Source: an uncultured bacterium (GTDB lineage: Bacteria; Hydrothermota; Tepidihabitantia; Tepidihabitantales; Tepidihabitantaceae). From it: 50,039 nucleotides of DNA. A program made the position numbers and the translations under genes. The notes under the pieces are model-generated. The model was not told the origin of the DNA. It saw only the letters and a program-made list of their open reading frames with translations, and searched no databases. Position 1 is the first letter of the stretch; every line of letters starts with the position of its first letter. Below, one piece after another: positions 25,401 through 34,601 of the stretch. The stretch is taken from contig CAZQFS010000001.1 of NCBI GenBank assembly GCA_964592755.1, positions 41,731 through 91,769 on the forward strand, written 5' to 3'.

Positions 25401-26963
25401 ACCTGCTCGCAGGACACACAGCAGAAGATTCGCCACGCCATCGACGAGCACAGACTCAACCGGGTCGTCGTCGCCTCCTGCACGCCGCGCACCCACGAGC
25501 CCCTGTTCCAGGAGACCCTGGCCGAAGCCGGCCTCAACCCCTACCTCTTCACGATGGCCAATATCCGCGACCAGTGCTCCTGGGTGCACATGCACGATGC
25601 CGAGCGGGCGACCGAGAAGGCTCGGGAGCTCGTGCGCATGGCGGTCGCCAACTCGCGGCTGCTGCGTCCGCTCCAATCCTATCCTCAGACGATTGCCCAG
25701 AAAGCGCTGGTCATCGGCGGCGGGCTCGCGGGCATGACCGCGGCCATCGCCATCGGTGACCAGGGCTTTGAGACCTATCTGGTCGAGCGCGAAGACCGGC
25801 TGGGCGGCAACCTGCTGCGCCTGCGCTACACCGAGCACGGCGACGACATCCCGGGCTACGTTGCACGGCTCGAAGAACGCGTGCGGCGTCATCCTCTGGT
25901 CAAGGTCTTCACCGGCGCGGAGCCGGTCGAGGTGACCGGCTATGTCGGCAATTACAAGACGCGTATCACGACGAACGATGGCGCGATTGACCTCGAGCAC
26001 GGAGTCTCTGTCGTCGCGACTGGCGCCGGGGAGTACCAGCCGACCGAGTTCCTTTACGGCAAGGACCCGCGGGTTCTTACCCAGAGCGAGCTCGAGGTCC
26101 GCCTTGCCGGCCCGGCGCCTGACGCCTCGACCACTGAACACCTTGACCCGTCTTCCCTGAAGCACGTCGTCATGGTACAGTGCGTCGGCTCGCGCGAACC
26201 GGAGCACCCCTGGTGCTCGCGCATCTGCTGCACCGAGGCGGTGAAGAACGCGCTCAGGCTGAAGCAGCTTAACCCGAAGGTGAATGTGTACGTGCTCTAT
26301 CGGGACATGCGCACCTACGGGTTCAAGGAAGCGCTGTACCGTGATGCCCGGGCCGCGGGCGTGATGTTCGTCCGTTTTGACCCCGAGACCCGGCCCGACG
26401 TCAAGGTTCAGGACGGACGGCTGCACGTGTCGGTCCACGACCCGCTGCTCCAGCGTCGCCTGGGCATCGATGCCGACCTGCTGGTGCTGTCGGCCGGGGT
26501 CGTGCCCCCGAAAACCAATCCGGCGCTCGGACAGCTGCTCAAAGTGCCGTTGAACGAGGACGGTTTCTTCCTCGAAGCGCACATGAAGCTGCGACCGGTC
26601 GACTTCACGACGCGTGGGGTATTCATGGCCGGCATGGCGCACAGTCCGCGCCGCATCCCCGAGACCGTGGCCCAGGCCTATGCTGCCGCGGCTCGCGCCT
26701 GCTCGCTCATCTCGCACAAGGAGCTCTCAACTGAGGCGGTGGTGGCCGAGGTGAACCAGCGCTGGTGTGTCGGGTGCGGCGTGTGCGAGGAGGTTTGTCA
26801 GTACGAGGCCGCCCGACTCAATCCGGAGACCGGCAAGTCCGAGGTGACCGCGGTGCTGTGCCAGGGATGCGGGGCGTGTGCTGCGGCCTGCCCGTCCGAA
26901 GCCATCAAACTGAAGAGCTTCGAGGCGAAGAATGTCCTCTCCATGGTGGATTCGGCGTTGTGA
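22494..26963 (+). CDS. 1489-aa chimera: HdrA module interrupted by a GltD/NfnB-like NAD(P)H-binding module, followed by a second complete HdrA module
   Basis: aa 1-165 are HdrA FAD N-part (VVGSGIGGIQSSLELADAG...DKTFPTNDCSMCILSPK; CTGCMDCTKVCP). aa about 165-610 are GltD-like (CPSGVNAQGYV..., CGRVCHHPCEQECNR, VAVVGAGPAGLTCALDL, VVVIGGGNVAADVA, VFAGGDAV). HdrA then resumes (CLSCGVCSECMQCVAAC...FERILSASGPYEGHVRRPSD...CSSVCCMYATKEA). A second full HdrA starts at RIGVFICNCGINIGGV. Confidence 0.85.
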   Translation: MSQEASSAEPQALVGAVLVVGSGIGGIQSSLELADAGFKVYLLDEGPAIGGVMAMLDKTFPTNDCSMCILSPKLVGTGRHQNIELLNYCELLGLEGEPGRFRARIRRKPRFVLLDKCTGCMDCTKVCPVEVPDAYNQNLATRRATYKLYPQAIPNAVAIEKNESRAPCRIACPSGVNAQGYVALVSQRKFKEAFDLVRERLPFVGVCGRVCHHPCEQECNRKEYELPVSIRTIKRFVADYAYANGPTPYALPAQERSERVAVVGAGPAGLTCALDLRARGYRVTVFEASSHAGGMMRWGIPAYRLPRATLDREIKDITDTGVELRLNAPVKSTAEVQKLLGQGYSAVFLALGCHKSRTLKIDGMGLDGVLHGIEFLRAVNEGKPPAVGKRVVVIGGGNVAADVALCARRSGAEEVTMVCLECREEMPAHEWEIEDALAEGVKLSPSWGPQAIVGEHGRVAGLKTVECTRVFDDQGHFAPEFNSCVEGFVPADTVILAIGQMVDADGFDGFERGPGGTFRTAKLTLATSVPGVFAGGDAVAGPASVIEAVAAGHEAAISIDRYINGQDLTEGREPPQYRPARPEESAAARTKIERRARAQEPALPPAERAGNFREVWFGFDEETAVSEAQRCLSCGVCSECMQCVAACEAKAIDHTMVAAEEEIAVGAVVLSAGFKEYKPTGEFGYGYGRYPNVVTSLEFERILSASGPYEGHVRRPSDQRQPKKVAWVQCVGSRNAEHYYCSSVCCMYATKEAVIAREHCGGNLDCHVYFMDMRCFGKDFEKYYERAKNEYGIQFRRCKVSAVTRVEGSEDLCISYEDEAGVLKAENYDLVVVSTALAANPRVVELAQRIGVTTDEQGFVWIDRFEPMLTSRPGVYACGALTEPKDIPETVTEATGAAAAVSSLLAPARNTLVRKKDYPPFRDVSGEEPRIGVFICNCGINIGGVVEVPSVVEYARTLPGVVYAEENLFTCSQDTQQKIRHAIDEHRLNRVVVASCTPRTHEPLFQETLAEAGLNPYLFTMANIRDQCSWVHMHDAERATEKARELVRMAVANSRLLRPLQSYPQTIAQKALVIGGGLAGMTAAIAIGDQGFETYLVEREDRLGGNLLRLRYTEHGDDIPGYVARLEERVRRHPLVKVFTGAEPVEVTGYVGNYKTRITTNDGAIDLEHGVSVVATGAGEYQPTEFLYGKDPRVLTQSELEVRLAGPAPDASTTEHLDPSSLKHVVMVQCVGSREPEHPWCSRICCTEAVKNALRLKQLNPKVNVYVLYRDMRTYGFKEALYRDARAAGVMFVRFDPETRPDVKVQDGRLHVSVHDPLLQRRLGIDADLLVLSAGVVPPKTNPALGQLLKVPLNEDGFFLEAHMKLRPVDFTTRGVFMAGMAHSPRRIPETVAQAYAAAARACSLISHKELSTEAVVAEVNQRWCVGCGVCEEVCQYEAARLNPETGKSEVTAVLCQGCGACAAACPSEAIKLKSFEAKNVLSMVDSAL

Positions 26964-26992
26964 GAGACGATTCGGAGACGGAGGTACGGAAG

Positions 26993-27415
26993 ATGGAGCA
27001 GTTTGAGCCCAAGATTGTCGGTTTTCTTTGTAACTGGTGCACGTACGCCGGCGCAGACCTTGCCGGGACGTCTCGGATGCAGTATCCGCCGCACATGCGG
27101 CCCATCCGGGTGATGTGTTCGGGCGCGGTCGACTCGGTCTACATCCTGCGGGCGCTGCTGGAAGGCGCGGATGGGGTGTTCATCGGTGGCTGCCACCCGG
27201 GCGATTGTCACTACGTTTCCGGCAACTACAAGGCAAGACGCCGGATGGTGCTCTTCAACTCCGTCATGCGCTCGCTCGGCCTGGATGAGGAGCGTGTCTG
27301 GCTGCGCTGGATTTCTGCGGCCGAGGGACGCAAATTCGCCGACACCATCACCGCGATGACCGAGCACCTGCGCAAGAAGGGGCCGAGTCCCTTTAAGCAG
27401 AAGTGGGAAGTGTGA
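26993..27415 (+). CDS. mvhD: MvhD-like (methyl-viologen-reducing hydrogenase delta subunit family) [2Fe-2S] protein
   Basis: IVGFLCNWCTYAGADLAG...IRVMCSGAVD...GVFIGGCHPGDCHY, characteristic of MvhD/FlxD. ATG 26993 follows GGAGACGGAGG. The listed 26765 start overlaps the preceding gene. Confidence 0.85.
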   Translation: MEQFEPKIVGFLCNWCTYAGADLAGTSRMQYPPHMRPIRVMCSGAVDSVYILRALLEGADGVFIGGCHPGDCHYVSGNYKARRRMVLFNSVMRSLGLDEERVWLRWISAAEGRKFADTITAMTEHLRKKGPSPFKQKWEV

Positions 27416-27422
27416 GGGAACG

Positions 27423-28541
27423 ATGAAGGGCACACTCAAGGTCAAAGACAGGAATACCGAAGCGACCGTACGCGAGCTGCTGCGGCGCTGGCTCAAGGAG
27501 GACAAACTGTCGGCCGTCCTTGTCCCGGCGTATTCAGCCGCCGGCACGGCGACCCTGGCCCTGGTTTCGAATCCAAGTAAACTGGACGACGCCGCACCGC
27601 TCCTGCCGGCGATGGGGGTCAATGCGGCATCGGTGGTCGCGGAGATTGCCCGCGAGCCGTCGTCCAACGCGAAGGTCGGGCTGCTGCTGCGGCCCTGCGA
27701 AATGCGCGCGGTCGTGGAACTGGTCAAGCTCAGGCAGGTCCTGCTGGACAGCATCGTGCTCATCGGCATTGACTGTCCGGGCACGTACAAAACCGCCGGG
27801 TTTCGCCACGTGCGTGGCAACGACACGGACTTCGACAACCGGCACGTCCGGGACCAGGCCGGCTGGGCCGAGAACTTGAGCTTCCGGACTGCCTGCCAGA
27901 TGTGCGAGTTCCCGAAGCCGCTCGTCTTCGACCTTGCCGTCGGCTATGTCGGCCTAAACCCGGACGGAGAGCTCTGGCTTGAAGCAGCAACCGACAAGGG
28001 CGCGGCGCTGCTCGAGGGTGTCGAACTCAAGCCCGGCGACGAGCCGCCAGCGCGGAAGAAGGCGCTCGAAGCCCTGGTCTCGATGCGGAAGGCGAAGACG
28101 GCACAGCGGCTTGCGGAGCTGGACAAGGTGATGATGGGACCAGCGAAGCTGGTCGAGTACTTCGCCGACTGCCTGAACTGCCACAACTGCATGAGGGTCT
28201 GCCCGGTCTGCTACTGCCGGGAGTGCTTCTTCGATTCCGACACCTTCCAGCGCGACTTGGGCGAGCACGTCCGGGTGTCGCAGCGCAAAGGCATGACGCG
28301 GATGCCGTCCGAGACGCTGCTGTTTCACATCACGCGCATGAACCACATGATGACATCGTGCGTGCAGTGCGGCATCTGCGAGGACTCCTGCCCGGTCACG
28401 GTCGGGCTCGCGACCCTGTTCAAGAAGGTCGCGCAGAATGCGCAGCAGGAGTTCGACTACCTGTCGGGCCGCAGCCTGGATGAACCACTGCCGCTGACGA
28501 TGTTCCGAGAAGACGAGTTCCGCAAGGTGGGCGAGGAGTAA
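27423..28541 (+). CDS. Iron-sulfur oxidoreductase subunit with C-terminal 2x[4Fe-4S] motifs (FrhB/FdhB- or AsrA-like; family not resolved)
   Basis: CLNCHNCMRVCPVCYC and CVQCGICEDSCP. N-terminal region with LLRPCEMRAVVELVK...IGIDCPG. Embedded in the hdr cluster. Confidence 0.6.
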   Translation: MKGTLKVKDRNTEATVRELLRRWLKEDKLSAVLVPAYSAAGTATLALVSNPSKLDDAAPLLPAMGVNAASVVAEIAREPSSNAKVGLLLRPCEMRAVVELVKLRQVLLDSIVLIGIDCPGTYKTAGFRHVRGNDTDFDNRHVRDQAGWAENLSFRTACQMCEFPKPLVFDLAVGYVGLNPDGELWLEAATDKGAALLEGVELKPGDEPPARKKALEALVSMRKAKTAQRLAELDKVMMGPAKLVEYFADCLNCHNCMRVCPVCYCRECFFDSDTFQRDLGEHVRVSQRKGMTRMPSETLLFHITRMNHMMTSCVQCGICEDSCPVTVGLATLFKKVAQNAQQEFDYLSGRSLDEPLPLTMFREDEFRKVGEE

Positions 28542-28543
28542 GG

Positions 28544-29245
28544 TTGGCCGAGACTCAGGAGCTGCTCGTCAACGACCTGGACGCAGACTTCAAGCACCGC
28601 CTGGCCGAGAAGTACGGTGATGTCGGGTTCATGCACTGCCTGTCCTGTGGTTCGTGCTCGGCTTCCTGTCCGGTGCGCCGGCTGGACGAGAAGTACAACC
28701 CCCGCCGTATCATCCGGATGGCAATCATGGGCATGAAGGACGAGGTCTACCGGTCGGAGTTTGTCTGGATGTGCTCGTATCACGTGACCTGCCTGCGCCG
28801 CTGCCCGCAGGGCGTGAACATCGGCGAAGTGGCGGACGCGGTTTCGCGCCTGGCCGAGGAGGCACGCCAACGGCCGGCCGCTAGGAAAGACCGGGTCACG
28901 CCGGACCAGATGGACCGCGAGTTCAAGAAACAGGCGAGCAGGATGGCGGAGAGCGTCACCGCCTGTTTCGTCTGCGGTTCGTGCAGCGCGGTCTGCCCGG
29001 AGACGCTCTTCGACCCGGACAAAGACCCGCGCCGGTTCATCCGCAAGGTCAACCTGGGCCTGCGCGACGACGCCCTGGGCGACGAGTTCAAGGACATCTG
29101 CGCCACCCACTTCCGCTGCATCTCGCGCTGCCCCCAGGGTGTGCAGATAAGCAGGATAATGAACGTTATCAAGCAGTGCGCGACGGAAGACGGCTACTCG
29201 TACCCGGAAAGCCTGAAGGCGCTGGAGCGGATCGACAGTGGATGA
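28544..29245 (+). CDS. Duplicated HdrC-like ferredoxin (two HdrC-type halves)
   Basis: Half 1: CLSCGSCSASCP ... CSYHVTCLRRCP. Half 2: CFVCGSCSAVCP ... CATHFRCISRCP. TTG start at 28544, 2 nt after the previous stop. Confidence 0.7.
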   Translation: MAETQELLVNDLDADFKHRLAEKYGDVGFMHCLSCGSCSASCPVRRLDEKYNPRRIIRMAIMGMKDEVYRSEFVWMCSYHVTCLRRCPQGVNIGEVADAVSRLAEEARQRPAARKDRVTPDQMDREFKKQASRMAESVTACFVCGSCSAVCPETLFDPDKDPRRFIRKVNLGLRDDALGDEFKDICATHFRCISRCPQGVQISRIMNVIKQCATEDGYSYPESLKALERIDSG

Positions 29246-32200
29246 GTTAGCCGCCATGCGGCAGCCGGCTTCGACCGAGGCGAAGCGCGTCGGGGCGGTG
29301 ATGGTCGTTGGCGGCGGCATCGGTGGTGTGCAGGCCGCGCTCGATTTGGCCAACTCCGGCTACCGGGTCTACTTGGTCGAACGGTCGCCGGCGATCGGCG
29401 GAGTCATGGCGATGCTCGACAAGACTTTCCCGACCAACGACTGCTCGATGTGCATCCTGTCCCCCAAACTCGTGGCCGCGGGTCGGCATCACAACATCGA
29501 ACTCCTGACCTTGACCGAGGTGGTTTCGGTCGAGGGCGAGCCGGGCAACTTCAGGGTGAGGCTGCTTTGCCACGCCCGGTCCGTGGACCTGGCGAAATGC
29601 ACCGGCTGCGGCGACTGCCTGGCCAAGTGCCCGGTCCGGGACCTGCCCAACGAGTTCGAAGGCGGCCTGAGTCAACGCCGCGCCATCTACCGGCTCTACG
29701 CGCAGGCGGTACCGAATGCACCGACGATTGACCGCGCCCACTGCCTGAAGTTCCTGAAGGACAAGTGCGGCGCATGCCAGAAGTCATGCAAGGCGGGCGC
29801 CATAGACTACACCCAGGAGGACCAGGAACTGACGCTCGCCGTCGGCTCGATTGTCGTCGCCGCCGGTTCCAGGGTCGCGCCGACCTCCCTGCGCCCCGAA
29901 TACGGCCACGGCCGCTATCCGAATGTCGTGACCAGCGTCGAGTTCGAACGCATCCTCTCGGCTTCCGGCCCGTACTCGGGCCACGTGCGGCGGCCGTCGG
30001 ACAAACGGACGCCTGGGAGAATCGCCTGGCTGCAGTGCGTCGGCTCGCGTGATGACTCGGTCGAACGTGGCTACTGTTCGGCGATGTGCTGCATGTACGC
30101 GGTGAAGGAGGCCGTCATCGCCCGGGAGCACGCCCGCGAGGTCGAGCCGACTGTCTTCTACATGGACATGCGTTCCTACGGCAAGGACTTTGACAAATAC
30201 GTCGAGCGCGCCCAGACGCAGTACGGCGTGCGCCTGGTGCGTGCCCGCGTGCCCGAAATCCGCGATGACCCAGTAACACACAACCTCACGGTGCGCTACG
30301 CCGGCGACGACGGCGCATGCGCCGAAGAGTTTGACATGGTCGTTCTCTCCTGTGGGTTCGTGCCGCCGGTCGAGCTCATCGAGCTGGCCAAGCGGCTCGA
30401 ACTCGAGCTCGACCGGTTCGGGTTCGCCCGGACCGACAACTGGGACCCGAACGCCAGCCGCGCCGGGATAAGCGTCGCCGGCAGCTTCGCCCAGCCGATG
30501 GCGATACCGGAGGCCGTTACCGGCGCCTCGAGCGCCGCCGCGTCAGCCGAGGCGGTGCTCGCGGCCGAGCGCGGCACGCTGGCTCGCACCCTGCCGGCTC
30601 CGCCCGAAACCGACGTGCGGGGCGAGGCGCCGCGCATCGGCGTGTTCGTCTGCCACTGCGGCATCAACATCGGTGGGGTCGTGCGCGTGCCCGAGGTGGT
30701 CGAGTTCGCCCGCACCCTGCCGCACGTTGTCTACGCCGAAGAGAACCTCTATTCCTGCTCCGGCGACACCCAGGACAAAATCAAGGACCGCATCCGGGAG
30801 CACCGGCTCAACCGTGTGGTCGTTGCCTCCTGCTCACCGCGCACCCACGAGCCGCTGTTCCAGGCGACCGTGGCCGAGGCCGGCCTGAACCCGCACCTGT
30901 TCGCGATGACTAACATCCGTGACCAGTGCTCATGGGTGCACATGAGAGAGCCGGACCGGGCGACCGAGAAATCGAAGGACCTTGTGAAGATGGCGGTGGC
31001 ACGTGCCCTGCGTCTGAAACCACTGCCCAGGGTGAAGCTGCCGGTCACCAAGGCCGGGCTTATTATCGGCGGCGGCATTGCGGGCATGACTTCGGCGCTG
31101 GCCCTGGCGGGCGCAGGGTTCGAAGCCTTCCTGGTCGAGCGCGCGGCGCAGCTCGGCGGCAACGCCCGCAGCATTGCCCGGACGGTCGAAGGCGACGACG
31201 TGCGCCGGCGCCTGGCGGACCTTGAGGCCCGCGTCAGGCAGCATCCGCGCATCAAGGTCTTCGCCGGCGCGCGCATCAAGGCGATTGCCGGGTTTGTCGG
31301 CAACTTCCAGACCACCATCGGCAAGTCCGACCAGTCCAAAAGTTTTGACGCGTCAGACTCAATCCTGCAGCACGGCGTCGTCATCGTTGCTACCGGCGCG
31401 CAGTACCGGACGCCGAGCGAATACGGCTACGGCGCGAGTCCGGCCGTCATCAGCCAGAAAGAGTTCGAGGCGTTGCTCGACCAAGAGCCGGCAAAGGTCA
31501 GGCAGGCCGGCCGCGTGGTCATGGTTCAGTGCGTCGGCTCGCGCGACGAAGAACATCCGTACTGCTCGCGCATCTGCTGCACCGAGGCGGTGAAGAACGC
31601 GCTGGCGGCCAAGGAACTCAACCCCGATGCCGACATCTACGTCCTCTACCGCGACATCCGGACCTATGGGATGCGCGAAGAGTACTTCCGCAAGGCACGG
31701 CAGCAGGGTGTCGTCTTCATCCGGTACTCGCCCGAGCAGAAGCCGGACGTGAAGCTCGTTGACGGCAAACCGGTCGTCTCGGTGCGTGACCCGGTCCTCG
31801 GCCGGGAAATCGAACTCTCGCCTGACCTGCTCGTGCTCTCCTCCGGACTCGTGCCGCAGACCGGTTCCGACGAACTGGCCCGTATGCTCAAGGTCCCGCT
31901 CAACAGCGACGGCTTCTTCCTCGAAGCTCACATGAAACTGCGGCCGGTCGACTTTGCCACTGAGGGTGTGTTCATGGCCGGGCTGTGTCACTTCCCCAAG
32001 TTCATTGATGAAGCAACGGCTCAGGCCCAGGCTGCCGCGGGCCGCGCGGCCACGATTCTCTCGCGTGACACGCTTGAGGCCGAGGCCGCGGTTGCCAGCG
32101 TAGACCCGGCCCGGTGCTCGGCCTGCCACATGTGCGAGCGACTTTGTGCCTATCGGGCAATCGAGGTCAAGGTCGTCAACGAGAAGACCGGCCGCGAGGC

Positions 32201-32330
32201 CGCGGTCGTCAACGAAGCCCTGTGCAAAGGCTGCGGCGCCTGCGCGGCCAACTGCCGCTCCCTCGCCATCGACATCCGCGGCTTTGCGTCCGAGAACATC
32301 GCCCGCGAAATCGCCGCCCTGCTCGACTAA
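29238..32330 (+). CDS. 1030-aa tandem HdrA-like flavoprotein (two HdrA modules)
   Basis: Module 1: VVGGGIGGVQAALDLANSG...DKTFPTNDCSMCILSPK...FERILSASGPYSGHVRRPSD...CSAMCCMYAVKEA. Module 2 begins RIGVFVCHCGINIGGV, then IIGGGIAGMTSALALAGAG, CSRICCTEAVKNA, and terminal ferredoxin motifs. Start is GTG 29238 or ATG 29256. Confidence 0.85.
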   Translation: MDELAAMRQPASTEAKRVGAVMVVGGGIGGVQAALDLANSGYRVYLVERSPAIGGVMAMLDKTFPTNDCSMCILSPKLVAAGRHHNIELLTLTEVVSVEGEPGNFRVRLLCHARSVDLAKCTGCGDCLAKCPVRDLPNEFEGGLSQRRAIYRLYAQAVPNAPTIDRAHCLKFLKDKCGACQKSCKAGAIDYTQEDQELTLAVGSIVVAAGSRVAPTSLRPEYGHGRYPNVVTSVEFERILSASGPYSGHVRRPSDKRTPGRIAWLQCVGSRDDSVERGYCSAMCCMYAVKEAVIAREHAREVEPTVFYMDMRSYGKDFDKYVERAQTQYGVRLVRARVPEIRDDPVTHNLTVRYAGDDGACAEEFDMVVLSCGFVPPVELIELAKRLELELDRFGFARTDNWDPNASRAGISVAGSFAQPMAIPEAVTGASSAAASAEAVLAAERGTLARTLPAPPETDVRGEAPRIGVFVCHCGINIGGVVRVPEVVEFARTLPHVVYAEENLYSCSGDTQDKIKDRIREHRLNRVVVASCSPRTHEPLFQATVAEAGLNPHLFAMTNIRDQCSWVHMREPDRATEKSKDLVKMAVARALRLKPLPRVKLPVTKAGLIIGGGIAGMTSALALAGAGFEAFLVERAAQLGGNARSIARTVEGDDVRRRLADLEARVRQHPRIKVFAGARIKAIAGFVGNFQTTIGKSDQSKSFDASDSILQHGVVIVATGAQYRTPSEYGYGASPAVISQKEFEALLDQEPAKVRQAGRVVMVQCVGSRDEEHPYCSRICCTEAVKNALAAKELNPDADIYVLYRDIRTYGMREEYFRKARQQGVVFIRYSPEQKPDVKLVDGKPVVSVRDPVLGREIELSPDLLVLSSGLVPQTGSDELARMLKVPLNSDGFFLEAHMKLRPVDFATEGVFMAGLCHFPKFIDEATAQAQAAAGRAATILSRDTLEAEAAVASVDPARCSACHMCERLCAYRAIEVKVVNEKTGREAAVVNEALCKGCGACAANCRSLAIDIRGFASENIAREIAALLD

Positions 32331-32438
32331 CGGTTGAGCCGACAACGATGAGTTGACCGGTGCGACCTTGCTCCGGAATAGACAACCGGCCGTCGCGGTA
32401 TGTTGAGTTGTCCGGCGAACGCCGGACAAGGAGTCCCA

Positions 32439-32810
32439 ATGAACCGAAGTCTGATAGCACTGTCGGCAGCTCTGCTGCTTGCGGGACCGGTCCTTGCGAC
32501 ACCACGCCACCGTGGCGGGCACGTGCGAGGTCATGCCCCTTCGCCCGCCCGGATGCGCCTTGGCGTTGTCTGGGAGTGGATGAACGGATGCTGGTTCTTC
32601 TGGGAAGACGGCAGGATGTACGCCTGTCCCCCAGGGTATCGGCACCAATGCGGGCCAGGATGTCGGCACCACGGGCCCGGGCTCGGGTTTCGCCGCCCTG
32701 AGCCGCCGCGACGTCCCAGCAACCGAGGCGGTCACCAGCCGCCGAGCCACGAACGGCCTGGAGGCGAACGGCGCGGCGAAGGCAGACACCGACCATCCGG
32801 CAGGCACTGA
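32439..32810 (+). CDS. Possible small secreted His/Arg/Pro-rich protein
   Basis: ATG 32439 after AAGGAG. Signal peptide MNRSLIALSAALLLAGPVLA. Low-complexity basic C-terminus, so coding status is uncertain. Confidence 0.4.
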   Translation: MNRSLIALSAALLLAGPVLATPRHRGGHVRGHAPSPARMRLGVVWEWMNGCWFFWEDGRMYACPPGYRHQCGPGCRHHGPGLGFRRPEPPRRPSNRGGHQPPSHERPGGERRGEGRHRPSGRH

Positions 32811-32834
32811 GCGCTGCCCGACCGAGGTCTCCTT

Positions 32835-32860
32835 GCGGGAGCGGCGTACGTCGCTCCCGC
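32835..32860. terminator. 9-bp hairpin in the convergent intergenic region
   Basis: GCGGGAGCG (32835-32843), loop gcgtacgt, CGCTCCCGC (32852-32860). Confidence 0.35.
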
Positions 32861-32876
32861 GTCTGTCTGAAGTTGC

Positions 32877-32901
32877 GGCCGCGCGGGGAAACCGCGCGGC
32901 C
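32877..32901 (-). terminator. 10-bp GC hairpin immediately downstream of recX
   Basis: GGCCGCGCGG (32877-32886), loop ggaaa, CCGCGCGGCC (32892-32901). Lies 5 nt beyond the recX stop on the minus strand. Confidence 0.45.
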
Positions 32902-32905
32902 ATCC

Positions 32906-33526
32906 CTACGGTTCGATCTCAGGCGCGTCCATGACGCGCTGAATCGTGTCCGGTGAGAAGCCGCGGCGGGCAAGAAGAGCGTAGAGACGGCGCTTAAGCA
33001 CCAGGGGTTCCAGGCGCTGATTGCGCTCGCGGTACTTCTCCGCGACCGCCTTCGCGGCCACAACTTCGCTTGGGGCCTGGGCCAGCGCCGCTTCGGCTTG
33101 CTCGCGAGTGATGCCACGCTTGGCCAGTTCCTGCCGTACCCGCCACTTGCCTTTGTGCCCGATGCTCACGCGGTCCTGGACAAACTGGCGGGCATAGCCT
33201 TCGTCGTTCACCATCTTCAGCTCAGTCAGACGGTCAAGTGTTGCCTTCACGGTCTCGGCCGGGAACCCTTTGCGCGTCAGTCGTTCGCTCAGTTCGGCCT
33301 GAGTACGTGCCTTGTACGAAAGCAGGAGAAAGGCATAGTTCCGCGCCTGAAGGGTCTGCTCCTCGCGAGCTATCCGTTCGAGTTCGGCACGGTCAAACTC
33401 CATGCCCGGCTTGAGCCCGAGCGCGGCGACCGTGTCCTGAGAAAGTCCGACAAGAAAACGGCCGTCGACAAAGACCGAGACCCGCCGCCTACTTCTTCTT
33501 TGCGGCTGGAGTGCGGTTATCCTCAT
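32906..33526 (-). CDS. recX: RecA regulator RecX
   Basis: Repeated helical RecX pattern ([28 protein letters not shown]...[26 protein letters not shown]...). Directly downstream of recA. Start taken at internal ATG 33526 (MRITALQPQ...), overlapping the recA 3' end by 38 nt. Confidence 0.8.
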   Translation of the reverse strand: MRITALQPQRRSRRRVSVFVDGRFLVGLSQDTVAALGLKPGMEFDRAELERIAREEQTLQARNYAFLLLSYKARTQAELSERLTRKGFPAETVKATLDRLTELKMVNDEGYARQFVQDRVSIGHKGKWRVRQELAKRGITREQAEAALAQAPSEVVAAKAVAEKYRERNQRLEPLVLKRRLYALLARRGFSPDTIQRVMDAPEIEP

Positions 33527-34547
33527 CGGCAGGCGCAGGTCTGGCTGGCCTGGGTATCTTGAGCACATCGTAGAGCTGGGCTTCGGCCTTCCGGGCAACC
33601 TGTGGATTCTCAGTCAGGAACTCAACGGCTGCGTCCCGCCCCTGACCGATGCGCGTGTCGCCGAACGTGTACCAGGTGCCGGACTTTGTGAAGACGTTGT
33701 GCTCGGTTCCGATGTCGACCAGCTCGCCCATGCGCGAGATGCCGCGGCCGTAGATCAGGTCGAACTCGGCCTCACGGAACGGCGGCGCGACCTTGTTCTT
33801 TACCACCTTGACCCGCGTGCGACTGCCGATGACGGTGTCGTCTTTCTTGATTGCAAGGATGCGCCGGATATCGAAACGCATCGTGGCATAGAACTTGAGC
33901 GCCAGTCCGCCGGTCGTGGTCTCGGGATTGCCGAACATCACGCCGATTTTCTGCCTTATCTGGTTGGTGAAGATGCCGCAGGTCTTTGTGCGCGCGGCCA
34001 CGCCTGAGAGCTTGCGCATCGCCTGTGACATGAGCCGGGCCTGGACTCCGACAAAGGCATCGCCCATCTCGCCCTCGATTTCCGCGCGCGGCACCAGGGC
34101 CGCGACCGAGTCAATGACGAAGAGGTCGATGCCACCGGAGCGGGTCAGCATCTCGGCGATCTCCAGAGCCTGCTCACCCGAGTCCGGCTGTGAGACCAGC
34201 AGTCTTTCCAAGTCTACGCCCAGGGCCTTGGCATAGCCGGAGTCGAGTGCGTTCTCGGCGTCGATGAACGCCGCACTACCACCCAGCTTCTGACACTGGG
34301 CGATGATGGAAAGCACGAGCGTGGTCTTGCCCGAGCCCTCCGGCCCGTAGACTTCGACGAACCGGCCGCGCGGTACGCCGCCGATTCCCAGAACCGCGTC
34401 CAGACCGATGGAGCCGGTGGGAATCGCCTCGACGGGTACGACCGGGTTCTCGGCGCCGAGCCGCATCACCGAGCCTTTGCCGTACTGCTTTTCAATCTGA
34501 GCCAGAGCATTGACCAGCGCCTTCGACTTCTCGTCTTCTTTGGGCAT
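33489..34547 (-). CDS. recA: Recombinase RecA
   Basis: [18 protein letters not shown], Walker [49 protein letters not shown]. Confidence 0.97.
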   Translation of the reverse strand: MPKEDEKSKALVNALAQIEKQYGKGSVMRLGAENPVVPVEAIPTGSIGLDAVLGIGGVPRGRFVEVYGPEGSGKTTLVLSIIAQCQKLGGSAAFIDAENALDSGYAKALGVDLERLLVSQPDSGEQALEIAEMLTRSGGIDLFVIDSVAALVPRAEIEGEMGDAFVGVQARLMSQAMRKLSGVAARTKTCGIFTNQIRQKIGVMFGNPETTTGGLALKFYATMRFDIRRILAIKKDDTVIGSRTRVKVVKNKVAPPFREAEFDLIYGRGISRMGELVDIGTEHNVFTKSGTWYTFGDTRIGQGRDAAVEFLTENPQVARKAEAQLYDVLKIPRPARPAPADEDNRTPAAKKK

Positions 34548-34601
34548 GCAGCCTCCGTTTCAATTTGGGCAGAGTATAGGTCTGACCCTGCCCAAGTCAA
34601 G

